Part shown: piece by piece, positions 51,112 to 64,000 of the stretch
Layout of the letters: each line of letters opens with the position of its first letter
Position numbering within the stretch: the first letter of the stretch is position 1
DNA from: Adineta vaga
Lineage: Eukaryota > Animalia > Rotifera
Assembly (NCBI GenBank): GCA_021613535.1
Contig: CP075494.1
Span: 4,650,001-4,714,000, forward strand
DNA length: 64,000 bases
Direction: 5' to 3'
Position numbers and translations under genes: made by a program
The notes under the pieces: model-generated
The model's input: the letters and a program-made list of their open reading frames with translations, nothing else
The model's database searches: none
What the model was told of the DNA's origin: nothing

Positions 51112-52141
51112 ATGTCCTCTCAATCACGTAGTTCTTTCTCGGATGCATCCAATAATTCAAAAGCACCCACTATTTGTCAAAAATCTACGTATATCTCTCC
51201 TCAAATGTTAAGCGATAATATGATTTGGCTCGATGTCTTCTCAAATGAAGATGATCTAACTTTTACTCGACCATTAATAAATGCCGATCGATTATATATT
51301 GCGAATTCAACAAAAATATGTATTAGTTGTATGCAACTATTACTATATTTTGGTAAAACTGTGTCAGTAATTGTATCGAATATATTCGTAATTGATACAG
51401 ATCTCATCAGTAAACTATTAGAATATAGTTGTATTGATCGAGTCTTCTTAATTATTAATACTAAGTTCGAAAAACAAATTCCTGCTGATTTTTATTTGAA
51501 TCCAAAAATTGAGTTAATTTATAACAACGATTCTGTTATGGTAATGCGTGCTGTATGTGATAATAATTTCGATCCTGCAAGTTTTTCTCATACTAACAAA
51601 ACATCACATACATCAACAAATGATTTATCTCATTCTGAACCGATTACAACGAAGAGAAGTATGACTCAAGAAAGCGATTCTACATTATCACAAAACGTAC
51701 CGAATTCGAATTTATCGATGAAAGAATTAATTGAAAAAGAACTTGATAATATGGAACAAGTAAGTGATGATTTTATTTTTCAAGTATCAAATTATGTCAT
51801 TCATACAGATACTTAATTGCTTTTAGTTATATTTGACACATTTTTGTAAAATAATAGTGTGTTGATTTGTTTCCTTTTAGTCCTTGGCTCTCGTACATAC
51901 GTTTACGAATGAACTTGAATCAAAGGATTTCATATATAATCCGGCACTTTTCAACACGATAAATAATAAGATTTCTGAACTAATGAAGATTTGCAGAAAA
52001 AGATACAAAATCTATTCAGAAGCACAAGAGCGAAGCGAGAAGATCCATACAAGTTTAAGACACATCGGTAATAACTTAAAATCCAAAGCAACCATATCTC
52101 ATCAACAAGTTTATGGAAGAAGATTCTCTAGTGAAGTTTAG
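51112..52141 (+). CDS. Uncharacterised protein with IWLD-type alpha/beta domain; 2 exons
   Basis: MIWLD...CI....VSVIVS....LISKLL..CIDRVFLI pattern. Intron ~51760-51880. Confidence 0.55.
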
Positions 52142-52427
52142 ATACACTATTCATCATCTATTATTTCTCATACAACTAAGTTCATAAGAATTTTCAATTT
52201 TTTTTTGTATTTAATATATTAAACAAGAATTTTATTATTAAGATAAAAAAAATTCGCGGAATCGGGTATAAATCATACGTATTAATGATTCCTTTTCTCT
52301 TTAGTCAATTGGTTTTATACAAATTTTTCTTATATGCATAATTTTGAGTAAATCGAAACTTCATCTACATAAATTGTATTGATTAAAAAAAACCAATATA
52401 ATCAAAACATATTCTCAATCGAACGTT

Positions 52428-53916
52428 ATGTCTGCAGACACACAATTTAGTTATAAAAATCATTGGCATAAAGAAGAAATTATTCTGGAAAGGGTGTGAT
52501 TTCGTCTACAGTTTATCTAGATCTATGACGAGTCATTTCTTTTCTTTAGTCGTCTGGTCATCATAATGATTCAACATTGGGATTTAGTATTGCTGGTGGT
52601 GTGGATGAACCTTTCATAGGTCCAAGTTTTCCTTTTATTATCGTCATAGATATCACGGAAAATGGACTTGCCTATCAAAATAAGAGATTAAAGTATATAA
52701 AATTGTATTCTATCAAACGTTTACGTACATTATTAGTGTCCTTTAGATTAAATGATATCATTTTGCGTGTAAATGATGTCGATTTTACAAATATTAAACA
52801 TCAACAAGCTATTGATAGTTTGAAAACAGCAGGACAGATGATTCGTTTAGTAAGTTGTATCTGATGCTTGTAACATGAAGCTCATTATCGATTTTCTTCA
52901 GGTAATCCGTCGTCTATCTCCGCCTAATTGTGAAGAACTCGAATGGATACATGATGGAAAATTAGGTATTGCTATTCGAGGTGGAATTGGATGTGAAGAT
53001 TTTGAAAAGTAAATACTATGAAAGTTGAAAGTGATTATACTATTTTCTGATTTAAGTGATCCTGGTATATTTGTGGCCGAGATAGACAAAGAGCAGACTA
53101 ATAAAAACTTACTTGTTGGTGATAGATTATTACAAATTTCATCGCCAGTAATGATATTTTCTTTATGTAAAAAATAATCTTCTTTTCTATGATAGTATGC
53201 CATTTACAATTTACAGTTTGTTTCACACAATATTGCAAAAGAATTTATACGATTAACTTGTGCAAGAGGTCAGAAAGTAAAACTTTATGTGGGACACGTC
53301 AATAAACCATCTACTGCACTTCCAGATTCGAATCAAGAGACGCCTTGCGAATCACAAAGTCAAAGTATTACATATATATTATGCACTTTCTGTTCTTTAT
53401 TTCTGTATCTATCTATTGAGAAACTGATCATGATCATGTCGAAAGCATGACAGTAATTCCGAAAATCGCTGATCAATGTATTGAAAATAATAAGAAGCAA
53501 AATTTTATCAACCCTTATGACTTTTATGGTAAATAGATGAAAAAGTAAAATCACACATTTTCTCATGTATTACCTCCATAGTACATCAACGATTTGAGAA
53601 TGACATCCAAATGATTAGAACTCGTTTACTCAATGATCGAAAAACCATGAAATCGGAAAGATTACCCACTAACACGTAAGTATAGATTGATATCAATTTA
53701 TTGTTAAAATTTATTACTAGATATGCAACAAGACCATTGACACAAGAACTTCAATCAGATTGTCGAAAAATTGACAATAGTGAAAAATGTAATCGTGTAA
53801 ATCAACAGAGAAATTTCAAAGTAAGAATCTTATTCGAACATTTATATTTACAATCTTTCTTCTAGAAACGTCCTACCAATTTCGATACGAATGATCAATC
53901 TAAAAACTATGTATAA
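52428..53916 (+). CDS. Two-PDZ-domain protein (Discs-large-like PDZ1/2); many small exons
   Basis: EEIILER...LGFSIAGGVDEP...|LNDIILRVNDVDF.NIKHQQAIDSLKTAG; second PDZ LGIAIRGG..DPGIFVAEI..LLVGDRLLQI. No SH3/GK domain seen. 3' exons approximate. Confidence 0.8.
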
Positions 53917-54252
53917 GAATGAGGAAACAAAGATCGATGAATGACTGATCAAACGAAAAATAAATGGTTCATTGAGATTGAGCGCTTTATTTTTGAAAAT
54001 AAATTATCAATAATACTTGGAAGAGAAGTCAAGAAATTATCTTTTTTCGTTCTGTACTTTTGTATAAACGAAAAGAAAAATTGTTAAATGAACCGAAGAA
54101 AAAGTAATGTGACGTTGAAATTAATATCTTCATATTGTCGTTAATATGAATCGCAAAGAACGCAGCAAGCATAATACACCTAGTTTCTTCTCCTCAAGCA
54201 CATTTTTGTTTTTCTCGTAATATTTGTGATTTTCATTTATTTTGCTTTAACC

Positions 54253-55942
54253 ATGAGTAACACTACATATGCATTCAGTTATGTTGAACCAACAATTGTT
54301 TCGCTTCTAATATTATCTTCATTTATTTACTTTCTTAATGCTGCTCGTTCTCTAGCACAATATCTATGCCATGCTGGTCTTATTGGCGAAATTATTGTTG
54401 GTATTATCTATGCTGCACCTCTAGCGAATATATTAAAAACTGAATGGCAACAAACAATTCTTGACTTTGGTTATCTTGGATTGTTACTATTGGTCTTTGA
54501 AGGAGGATTAGAAACACGTTTAGATTTCTTAGCTGTTAAAAGTAATCTCTTTCTTTCATCTGTAATTGGTTTTACTGGAATATTAACTCCAATTGGTTTA
54601 TCCATTCTCATAGGTACATATGGATATAAATTTACCTTTTTAGAATCTTTTACAATGGGAGCTAGTCTCAGTGCAACTAGTCTTGGAACAACATTTGCTA
54701 TTCTTTCATCTCAAGAACAATATCAATTAAATAAAAGTCGTATGGGTACAATTCTCGTTGGAGCAGCATTATTAGATGATATATCTGGATTAGTTATGGC
54801 CAGTGTAATTGAAAAACTTGGACATCTAGGTAAAGAAAATCTTCCCTGGTTAATTTCAAAGCCAATTGTATCATCAGTATGTATGATACTGATTTCGATT
54901 TTACTAGCACGTTTTTTACTTGGACAAATATGGATTAAATTCAATTTTCAAAATACAATTCTCAAACGTTACTCACATCAAATACTGTTATTTCTTTTAA
55001 TCTCGACATTATCTGCAACTGTTACAATTGCTGCTTATACTGGCGCATCAACACTACTTGGTGCCTATTGCTGTGGAGCTATACTACGATATCTTGATGA
55101 TAACCAGATGAAACGTTCGAATGATATTGAACGTACGAATACAATATTATTTCGATCTCAGTTTGAAAAATATATTCGAAGCTTAAAAGAACATATATTT
55201 GCACCGTTCTTCTTTGCATCCATTGGTTTTGCTGTACCATTTCTACAGTTATGGCATGGACAAGAACTTTGGCAAGGCATTCTATACGCATTATTAATGA
55301 TTTTCGGCAAAATTATTACGGGAATTTGGATTATTATTTGGACATATGCTTCAATTCGAGAAAAGAAATCATTAGCAGTGAATACAACATCAACGGTACC
55401 AGTATGTAATAAAAAACTTTTCCCTAGTCATATCACGGCATATCCTTTCAAAACCTAATCTCTAGTTCAAGTAACATCTTTTAATCAAATAGAAAATATT
55501 ACCCCGTTGAATGCTAAATACTCTAGCGAAAGCTAATTTGTATATTTTTCACAAACGATTAATGAATTTTCTGTTTGAGGTTGAAATATCAATGATTGAA
55601 CGAACTACAACATCACCTGTTCTCATTGCTCATCGGAATATATCGTCTAATGTTACGAATACTTCTCATGTTGATATCGTACAAACGAACATGTCGCCAT
55701 CACCAATAAAGAAATCTCGAAGTATTTATCCTGCATTAATTGTTGGTTTAAGTATGGTATCTCGAGGTGAAATCGGTTTTTTGATTGCAAATATTGGTGT
55801 GTCAGCAAATATCTTATCAACAAAAGCATTCATTGTTACAATTTGGGCTATATTATTAAATACTATTCTTGGTCCGATTGCTGTTGGATTGATGATTAAA
55901 TTATTAGGATCAAAATTAAGCGATGGAATTTGGATTGATTAA
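54253..55942 (+). CDS. Cation/H+ antiporter (CPA2, fungal-type); 2 exons
   Basis: Y.EP.I..LLILSSF...GLIGEI..G...GYLGLLLLVFEGGL; GASLSATSLGTTF; AALLDDISGLV; PFFFASIGF; GLSMVSRGEIGFLIA. Intron 55402-55579. Confidence 0.88.
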
Positions 55943-56742
55943 TAGATCTGTATTTTTTTTGTAAGTATTGTAGACGTATTAGAAAAATTCCAAAACAAAA
56001 TTAAATTTGTACTATATTGACTCTATAGCATTCACCAAGAACACGGTAATTTTGAAATAAAAAAATTAACAGTAGCAGGAAAACGCAAGATATCTTATTG
56101 CTTCACACGAAGCTGCGTTAGAGCCATAGAAACGTATACAAAAGATAACATCATGTCTTACATTTATCTGTCGCTTTGTTACCAAACTTTTTTATATACT
56201 TATTCATCACGAAACGACAGTCTATGATAATATTAGCATACTCTAGGTGACAGCTATTTCTGAGAAAAGTCATTCACATTGATGATAGACTCTATATTTT
56301 AAACAATATATATAAATAATAAAATCACTCAGCTGACCGTAAACAAATGTTCCTGGACTGTCACCGCGTAAGCAAATACATAGTAGAAACGTACGGCTCT
56401 TGACTAGATCGAATTAATGTGTAAGTTTCTGCTTCATCAATATAAACTGTATCTTCAATAGGTATATAAATAAGTTCGTTTATAAAGAATGCACGGTAGA
56501 GCAAACCTCTAAAAATGGTAAAATCGTTTGTAAATTTATCTGAACGTTTTAGATACAGAATGCCAAAATCGGACATCTTTCTACGTGATTCATTTTGTAC
56601 AATGTAATTCAATACACACTTATATAGTCACGCCTGAATCGCTATATATTTATTGATAAGAATCTATTTCTACAAGACAATTTATTCATGAATATACAAA
56701 CAAACGTAGACGAAAATATATTTATCCGTCAAATTCAAGTTT

Positions 56743-56943
56743 TCAACTGGGCAAAAAACCTTTTGCACAGGTCGTCATACAATCACCATATGCTTCTCCT
56801 AAGCCTTTAACAGTCTCGTCACATGTTTTCCGACATACACCCACCCAATTTGGTATTGCGTGACTTGGACCTGCAATAGTCATAGAAACATACAAAATAA
56901 ATATTATAACGAAGATTGATACACCGAAGGAAATAGCGCGCAT
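56743..56943 (-). CDS. Small secreted Cys-rich peptide (CX3C-X13-CX3C)
   Basis: Signal peptide followed by GPSHAIPNWVGVCRKTCDETVKGLGEAYGDCMTTCAKGFLPS. TATA-like run upstream and AATAAA downstream on the minus strand. Confidence 0.7.
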   Translation of the reverse strand: MRAISFGVSIFVIIFILYVSMTIAGPSHAIPNWVGVCRKTCDETVKGLGEAYGDCMTTCAKGFLPS

Positions 56944-58522
56944 AATTGTAGCTGTTGTTGATATTGAAAAAGAGGAATTATAGTGGTTTGTCGAAGTAGA
57001 AAATGATTAATTCTGATCGTTTCATCATATTATATATGTCGAGAATGACCTGTTATTCTTTGCAGCATACTCTTTGTCTTCTATCTTCTCTGAGGTCAAT
57101 CAAATAAGCATGAAACAAAGTGGCGATAAATTGTTTTTTCGTCCGTTATGTGTCTCGTTGACCTTAACCTCTCAATTGTTTTAGTCGGACAGATGCACAA
57201 TTATGCATGGCAAGAAAATGAGAGACAATGAAGATTATTTTGTTTTATATTAAAACCGAGTTTTATGCAACAAAAAGTAATCAGAAACGTCATTATTATT
57301 ACGTGTTCGTTATCTATCGTTACAAAAATTCATGTTTGAGTTCTTAGTTCTTGGAAGATGTTCATGATCATTTCGTTGATATTCACCATTTTACATGCAA
57401 GGAAAAGTTAATACTATTCGAACAAGAGAACAACGTTAAAATCTATCCACAATAAATTCGAGTTTCTGCTCGTGAAATAATCGATTCTCATACAGTTCGA
57501 GTCTCGAAGAGAAAATTATCTCAACGAAACATTATAGAATATAATGGTAACTTTATCGTCGAAAATACATTTACTAGATCATTCGATATGATTATAAAGA
57601 CAAATTCTTGATTAATATTTCAAATTCGATCAGAAGTAGTAACACTTTCTCTCGAATTAAATGGAATAAATCAAACTAGATTTCTTCTATCATTGACTAG
57701 TATAAGCATCAAAACGATAATGCTAAGTATACTAAAATTATGTTTCATAATTTATGTAACCATATTCAGCGCAGTTTGTTACCAATAGTCAAACTCTGCA
57801 AGGAATAATTATGACTTATCCTTTGACATTAGAAGAAACTCGAATATGGAGCGGCAATCTTCTCTGTATTACATCGTGTAAGAAGAAATCTTTGAATTGT
57901 TACACCACCGTCATACATTAAGGGGATTTTCGCTTACATCTTGTAGTTATCTTCGGTTTGATCTACTCTCCATATATGCATCAAAAAATATTTATCCTAC
58001 ATCTAACTCGATTTGTTAAATGGTACATTTGTCAAAATGATGATATTAAACTTATTGAACATTTTCTTCGAATCGTTTTAGTTGACAATCTATCATTAGA
58101 ATTGACAAATATCAATTGGGAGTATTACTTGGACAGTTGGCACATACCATCGATCGAAATCCAGCGTTGGAAATTCTACAGTTTCCCATCGAGAAAAGAG
58201 AAAATTCGACAAGAAAATTAACATACCTGATCTACTTCTCTCTCTCTACCATGTAGACAATCGTTTCTACAGAAACTACGGAAAAAATTCTCCCAATTTT
58301 TTAGTTATTTTCATTCTAAACATCAAAATTATTCTTATGAAGAAAAAAAAAAGATTTCATGATAGCTTCCATAGAAAAAGAAAATAGAAAATTAGTTTTT
58401 ATTGAATCTTTCTATCAATTTTATTCGCATTCACTTAATCTTCGTCAAATATTCGATATTATTATACCGAAAAATTCTTGTTAAAGTCAAATTAGATATG
58501 ATATAGCAGAACAATTATGCTG

Positions 58523-59422
58523 TTATGTATTCATGACTGCATTTCTTCGCATGTCGAACAGTTTCATCACAGATGCTTTTAATGATTGATTAAATTGAAA
58601 CAAGACCATCATCATTAACGCTAACGAAATTTCCATAAAAGTATAAACAAATCGGTGATGATATTTAGGTGTACTGTTGAAAAAGGACATTAGAAAAAAT
58701 AATAGATACGGAACACCCAACACCATTAATATACTAATGATTATAACTAGATGACGAACCATTTTTAATTCTCGTTGTACGCGTGAGACAATACATACTG
58801 ATGTGACTCGTTCACTTATTTGTTTCACATTGCGAACTAATTTGAAATATATAAGCATAACCATCGACAACGGAATAAGGTAAATACATGATAATGCATA
58901 AATTAGTGAGAAAGAGAAACGAATAGGTAATTGACATTCTTGATTGTCAGAATCGTAAACAATACTACCAGTGAATAGAAATGCAGATACATAGGCTATA
59001 CCAAGTATCCATGAAACACATATCATTGTCAATTGAAAACTAATTGTTTGACAGAATATTCGAGTTGGATGAATAACAATTAAATATCGATAGATAGCTT
59101 CGATAAAAAATGAATAATTGACTCCAAAACCAGTAACATGACTAATATAACACCGGAGAAGACAAAGTGAGTCTTGAAAATGTATTTGTTTGATATCATT
59201 ATGTATTGTATATATATTTATAGACAGTAATGTAGATGCCAACGACAATATGGCGAAAGTTGTATTGGCAGTAAAAATCATTGGAACCGTGTGGCATGTT
59301 TTATCAAAAATAATAAAACTTAAAAATAAGATACAAACTACAATAGTTACGGTAGAAAAGATAGTTTTGATAATATCCAATGGAATAAACCAAACCTCCA
59401 TACTCGTTGTTGTAAAGTTCAT
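58523..59422 (-). CDS. Rhodopsin-like GPCR, intronless
   Basis: 7 TM, C in ECL1/TM3, AIYRY (DRY variant), ECQ in ECL2, RELKMVR before TM6, GVPY. Confidence 0.85.
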   Translation of the reverse strand: MNFTTTSMEVWFIPLDIIKTIFSTVTIVVCILFLSFIIFDKTCHTVPMIFTANTTFAILSLASTLLSINIYTIHNDIKQIHFQDSLCLLRCYISHVTGFGVNYSFFIEAIYRYLIVIHPTRIFCQTISFQLTMICVSWILGIAYVSAFLFTGSIVYDSDNQECQLPIRFSFSLIYALSCIYLIPLSMVMLIYFKLVRNVKQISERVTSVCIVSRVQRELKMVRHLVIIISILMVLGVPYLLFFLMSFFNSTPKYHHRFVYTFMEISLALMMMVLFQFNQSLKASVMKLFDMRRNAVMNT

Positions 59423-61061
59423 TATTGTAAAAAATTGTAGGAGTTAAGGGGAATAAAGAGTATTTTCACAAATTCTACGGTGTCTGTCTTCCGACAAGAA
59501 AATGTTTGATTATGATAAAAAAACTGACATATACTTAATTTCTGATAAACGCATCCAGCGAATATGATATAATGAACTCTTAAAGCAGAAAATCTAACAA
59601 GAATGAATTCTGTTTCAGTGAGCAAAAGCCAGAAAAAGTTCAGAAAAACAAATTCAGCAGAAGAGTCATGATTCAAATTTCAGAATGGAAAATATTGTAC
59701 TATAAAGTAAAAACATGCAAAAGACTTAAAACTACAGGTCACTGACACTTCATCAGACAGTATTTGCAAACTAACGACATCTAATTAGTCTTTATATGTT
59801 CATAGGAAAAACTTTCTGCCAATATTATAATCAGCTTTGAAATATGCATCTTCTGTATAACCGGGTATATGCTTTGAATATGGTCGCTGACCTCGACGTT
59901 TATCAATACGAATCATTTTCAACTGCCGAACAAATTCAATGTATGAACCATATCCTGATCCAGATTAAAGATCAATCATCTGATAGTTATCAGGATGAGA
60001 GTGTAAGTACGACATAATTGTTTCAACTCTCATTCTCACACTCTGCTGCATCCTTTTGCATTTCTTTCTTCAAAAAAGTGCATTATGAGATAAAAAGATG
60101 TAAAAAGTTTGAGAAGAAAATTAAATTGCAAAATCATACATTTTGTTCCATAATCAGTATATTTAAACTCTTCATACTGTATTTTAGATAAATACGGAGT
60201 TTGACATTAAAGTACAAGAGTCATTTTTTAAATAAGATAATATATTGTATACCATACAACATTGAAAACTATACGCAAAATGAATGTATTTTTCTTACGC
60301 TTTCAAGGTTGCTTTCTAAAGTACTATACACGTTTAATTCAGATTCTGAAACCAATACTTATCGATGAAGCATTATATTGCGTAGACAAATGAGTATACA
60401 GATACTTACATATATATATATATACTTATGATTGGAAAATATTTTTGCGTAAAACACAACTTTGTTTGACGAATAAATCAACAAACCGTGCTATTACATA
60501 CACGTGGTGGTGTAAGTTAAATATGAATGAATGTTTTTCGTCATTGTGATACGTAGTTACATTTTCTCGTTGCACTTCTGCTTCGATACAAGAAACAAAA
60601 ACATGTATAGATGCAGCATAGATAATTATGTGATATCAATTGACTCGAACAAACTGACCATTTTTCGACATTGTATGCTTCACAATTCCTGATTAGTTTA
60701 GGTGGATGAATAGACGAACTCTCTGAATTTTGATTCCATGATTGAAATACTGTATAATCCCATGTAGTGTTGTTCACGGATTGTACATTCTATCCTATCT
60801 TCGTTTATATACTTTCACTATTCAGACAGAGGAGGGTAGAATATCTTTTTGTATATAGTTCTTTTGATCATTTTTCAAATGAAGAAAGATTCTTTCATTC
60901 TTGATTCTTCTTGTCATCCGTTTTTTTCTGTGCCAGTCGTCGATGGAATCTGATTATAGTTTATCTATCGTTTTAGAAGTCAACATTAACCTAAACTGCT
61001 GACAGTTTTATACAATAGTTTATACGAAATTTCTTGGCGTGTTTTATATATTGGTTATATC

Positions 61062-61223
61062 ATGTTTCGATACGCAAGTAAGACAATGGTACGTGTAGTT
61101 TTACTTGGTGCTGCAACCATTGCTGGCGGCACAGCAATTGGAAGTATGACACAGCCGCAATATACTCCTCCACAGCAGCAAACAACACCAACATCAACGG
61201 AAACTACTGATAAAAATAATTAG
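61062..61223 (+). CDS. Putative 53-aa microprotein
   Basis: MFRYASKTMVRVVLLGAATIAGGTAIGSMTQPQYTPPQQQTTPTSTETTDKNN*. GC-richer than its flanks; AATAAA ~61300. Below the ORF-track cutoff. Confidence 0.5.
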   Translation: MFRYASKTMVRVVLLGAATIAGGTAIGSMTQPQYTPPQQQTTPTSTETTDKNN

Positions 61224-61462
61224 AATATATTTATAATTATTAGTGGCTATAAATGACTTATATAGACTCATCTATTTAAGGTTTTTTTTTCTAGATAGAA
61301 ATAAACAGAAGATGATACCGTATTAGTCGCATCAAATTCTTTTGCAATTCATCATCTTGGGAGTGTGAGTGTAGAATGAAATATTATAGTCTACTTTCAT
61401 TATTTTAATCAATAATTTCCAAAAATCACAATTCACGAAAAAATTAATGTGAATAGCTGAGC

Positions 61463-61930
61463 TTAAACACTGTGCCAATTGCGTCCAAGCCAAAATGCCG
61501 CAAGGACGGATGAAACAAAAGTAAAAATACCTGCTGTAACCATTAAATAATAACTATAATTTGTTGGATCATGACGACCTATACTAACATACGCTGCGAC
61601 AATAAATATTCCGGCAAGTGTAAGAAGAATAACTGCAGATATTCTGATTGTATCAGAAAAACTTGTGATTAATCGTAGTGCAAAAAGTACAGTTAAAAGA
61701 ATTCCCAAGAAAATCAAAAACATGGCAATGAAAGAGAGCACTGTTGTACTTAAACAAGTCGAACAGTTTTTTAGTATACTTCTTCCATTCCAGCCTGGTA
61801 AAGCAACAGCAAGAATTGTAAAAAGAAGTGCAATACATGCTAAAATAACAGCAAATATCCAAATACGATCACCACTGCTTATTGAACCACTTCGCACAAC
61901 GGTAGTTCGAACAACTTTTGTTCTAGCCAT
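61463..61930 (-). CDS. Claudin/PMP22-like four-TM protein
   Basis: Four hydrophobic segments, LPGW after TM1, Cys in the first loop, YSYYL before TM4. Confidence 0.75.
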   Translation of the reverse strand: MARTKVVRTTVVRSGSISSGDRIWIFAVILACIALLFTILAVALPGWNGRSILKNCSTCLSTTVLSFIAMFLIFLGILLTVLFALRLITSFSDTIRISAVILLTLAGIFIVAAYVSIGRHDPTNYSYYLMVTAGIFTFVSSVLAAFWLGRNWHSV

Positions 61931-62806
61931 AATTTATATTAGTAAGAAAAAAGACAAAGAAAATCAACACTTTATTTATCTGTTGCAAACAAAGAATGTT
62001 AGTTGCTGTGCTATAATAATAATAATTCATTTATCTTATCTACTTTATTTATCATTTTCTACTCCCACGTTGCAAGAACGAAGTTAAAGTCAAAGAGGAG
62101 GAGAATGATATAAACTATCAAATTCTTGCTATTGCATAGGAACTTTTGTTATTTACTCATTTTGATTATATTTGTCGTTTTATACAACAGAACCAAATCA
62201 TTTAAGTCATCTTATCTCATTCTGATGATACTATAGATCAATATCGTATTTTTTCTTTATAACATTTTCTCACTGAACAATCGTCTCATCTTCGTTCTCT
62301 GACATTATTTAACATTTCACAAATTCGCATTTTGAATCGTCTACAGTTTAATTTTTCACCAAAAGATGATCAAATTGATTTCTCTTATCTTTCTCCATAT
62401 GTGGAACGTCTACATTGTTCATTTTTATATCGTCAATATTGAAATAATAGATTTGATTGAACAATTAGATAATTCTTAAAAGATGCATCAATGACTTATT
62501 AAATACTTATCTTGTTTAACAATGAATTATACGTTTTCTTATGATATGCAAAGAATAATGAATGAGTTTGAGGATGCGAATGGACTCAATATTAATACTC
62601 ACACCCACGTCGTTAGGATTTATTGACGTTGCTTTTATATCAACCAATGTGTAGGAAAAAAACGGTATGATAAGCAAATGATTTGATTTATATTTCTTTC
62701 TCTTTCTGTCTCTATGATTTATTGAGAATAAGATTATCATATTAAAGAAATCTATTACTAAAGAGAAAAAGGTCATTTCTTTTTGTTATCGAAATAGAAT
62801 CAAACA

Positions 62807-64000
62807 ATGATGTTTTTATCGTTGGTGATGCTTGCTACTGTCTTCAATATTGGAGGTAGCAATGGCTTAAACTGTCCAAATCAACAATCAATCAATAAGT
62901 TATTCGAGAAAGTTCATATTCCAGGCGCTGTAATCATTGTAGTCAATGCCACTCATACGCTCTACGAACAAACTTTTGGCTATCAATCTTTATTACCGAA
63001 ACAACCGATGAATGTTGACACATCGATATTTTCTCTTGGTTCCATCTCAAAAACATTCATTGCTACTGCTGTTATGCAACTTGTCGAACAAGAACTCATT
63101 GATCTTGATGCAGATATTAACAAGTACTTATCGGAACCTGAGAGACTTATTTTTCATCCACGTTATGCGTCGTATGCCATCACTCTACGTAGATTACTCT
63201 CACATTCAGCTTCCACATATGTCAGTCTTCCAGAACAATACATTCAGCATAGACCAGGTGATGATGCGTTCACTGAATCGTTGGCTGATATATGTTTTAG
63301 ATATGTAAATCCAAACACAACAAACTGGTTACCGAAACCACCAGGTACTGTTACATCGTATTCAAATATTGGGGCAGCTCTAGCTGCATTGGTTGTTGAA
63401 CGAGTAGCAAAAATGCCCTATATCAACTATGTTAAAGAAAAAATTCTCAAACCATTGGGTGTTGATATTACTAAAACTGGTGTACGTCTAGTCGATTTTG
63501 CCAGTACAGAAGATATTGTCAAGCATTATGCCTATGCATCGAACATAACTCATTTCGAACAGTGGAACAAAATAATGTCTCAATTAAATATTACAACGAT
63601 GCTAGTAAATAAAATTTTGTAACTGATGAATGAAATTGATTATGATTGTTTTTTTCTTCATAGGACAACTTTCCTACATGGCTTTACATTCCACATTTTA
63701 GTTTCAGTGCATATCCATCTGGTCTCTTGCGTATGCCAGCTCGTACTTTATCAAAATTTCTTCAGATGTACCTCAACAATGGATCTAATATTCTTCATCC
63801 TCGATCTATTGCTGAAATCCGAACCGTAGTTGGTGGCGGTCTTATACCAGTTTACAATCAAGATTTGAGTATGAATTCTTCAGGACAACGACCATCATCA
63901 CAATTTGGTCTTAGTTGGTATTGGGATACTATGAGCGATGGTCGTCGATATTTTGGTCACGGAGGTTCCTTGCCAGGCATAGTTAATTTGATGTTAGCTA
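62807..64000 (+). CDS. Secreted beta-lactamase-fold serine hydrolase (class C/DD-peptidase-like); runs off window
   Basis: Signal peptide, IPGAVI, SxxK (GSISK), LLSHSA, YSN, YFGHGGSLPG. Intron 63605-63663. Confidence 0.88.

Noticed and set aside
56361-56612. 83-aa minus-strand ORF
   Set aside because: Non-ATG start in the track, no motif and no clear splice partners.
57300-58320. Coding-like stretches including ORF 57958-58221
   Set aside because: Multiple stops and no recognisable domain. It may be a decayed gene, but this cannot be supported.
62220-62620. Possible degenerate F-box/LRR-type remnant
   Set aside because: Too fragmentary to call.

Overview
AT-rich, gene-dense eukaryotic DNA with many short (~48-60 nt) GT-AG introns. 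The gene content points to a bdelloid rotifer (Adineta/Rotaria-like); this is inference from lineage-typical GPCRs, F-box remnants, Cys-rich multi-repeat membrane proteins and many bacterial- or fungal-type genes carrying spliceosomal introns. About 30 loci are visible: a two-domain Ly6/uPAR-like protein, a double alpha-crystallin small HSP, tryptophan 2,3-dioxygenase with an unusual hydrophobic C-terminal tail, four rhodopsin-like GPCRs, a secreted multi-Ig protein with Tyr/Pro and His/Gln repeats, two beta-lactamase-fold serine hydrolases, a GT17 glycosyltransferase, a ricin-B lectin, a TetX-family flavin monooxygenase, a METTL24-like protein, a PDZ protein, a fungal-type cation/H+ antiporter and a claudin-like protein. 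There are also decaying genes (C1A peptidase, VWA5A, macrodomain, F-box) and a 2.5-kb non-autonomous TIR element. The best candidate for an undescribed system is a pair of inverted paralogues (28.3-32.2 kb and 45.8-49.9 kb). Each encodes three tandem TM1-Cys-rich ectodomain-TM2 units, i.e. a possible single-chain pseudo-trimeric channel of DEG/ENaC/P2X/PAC-like topology. No rRNA, tRNA or CRISPR was recognised. All exon structures were read by eye.
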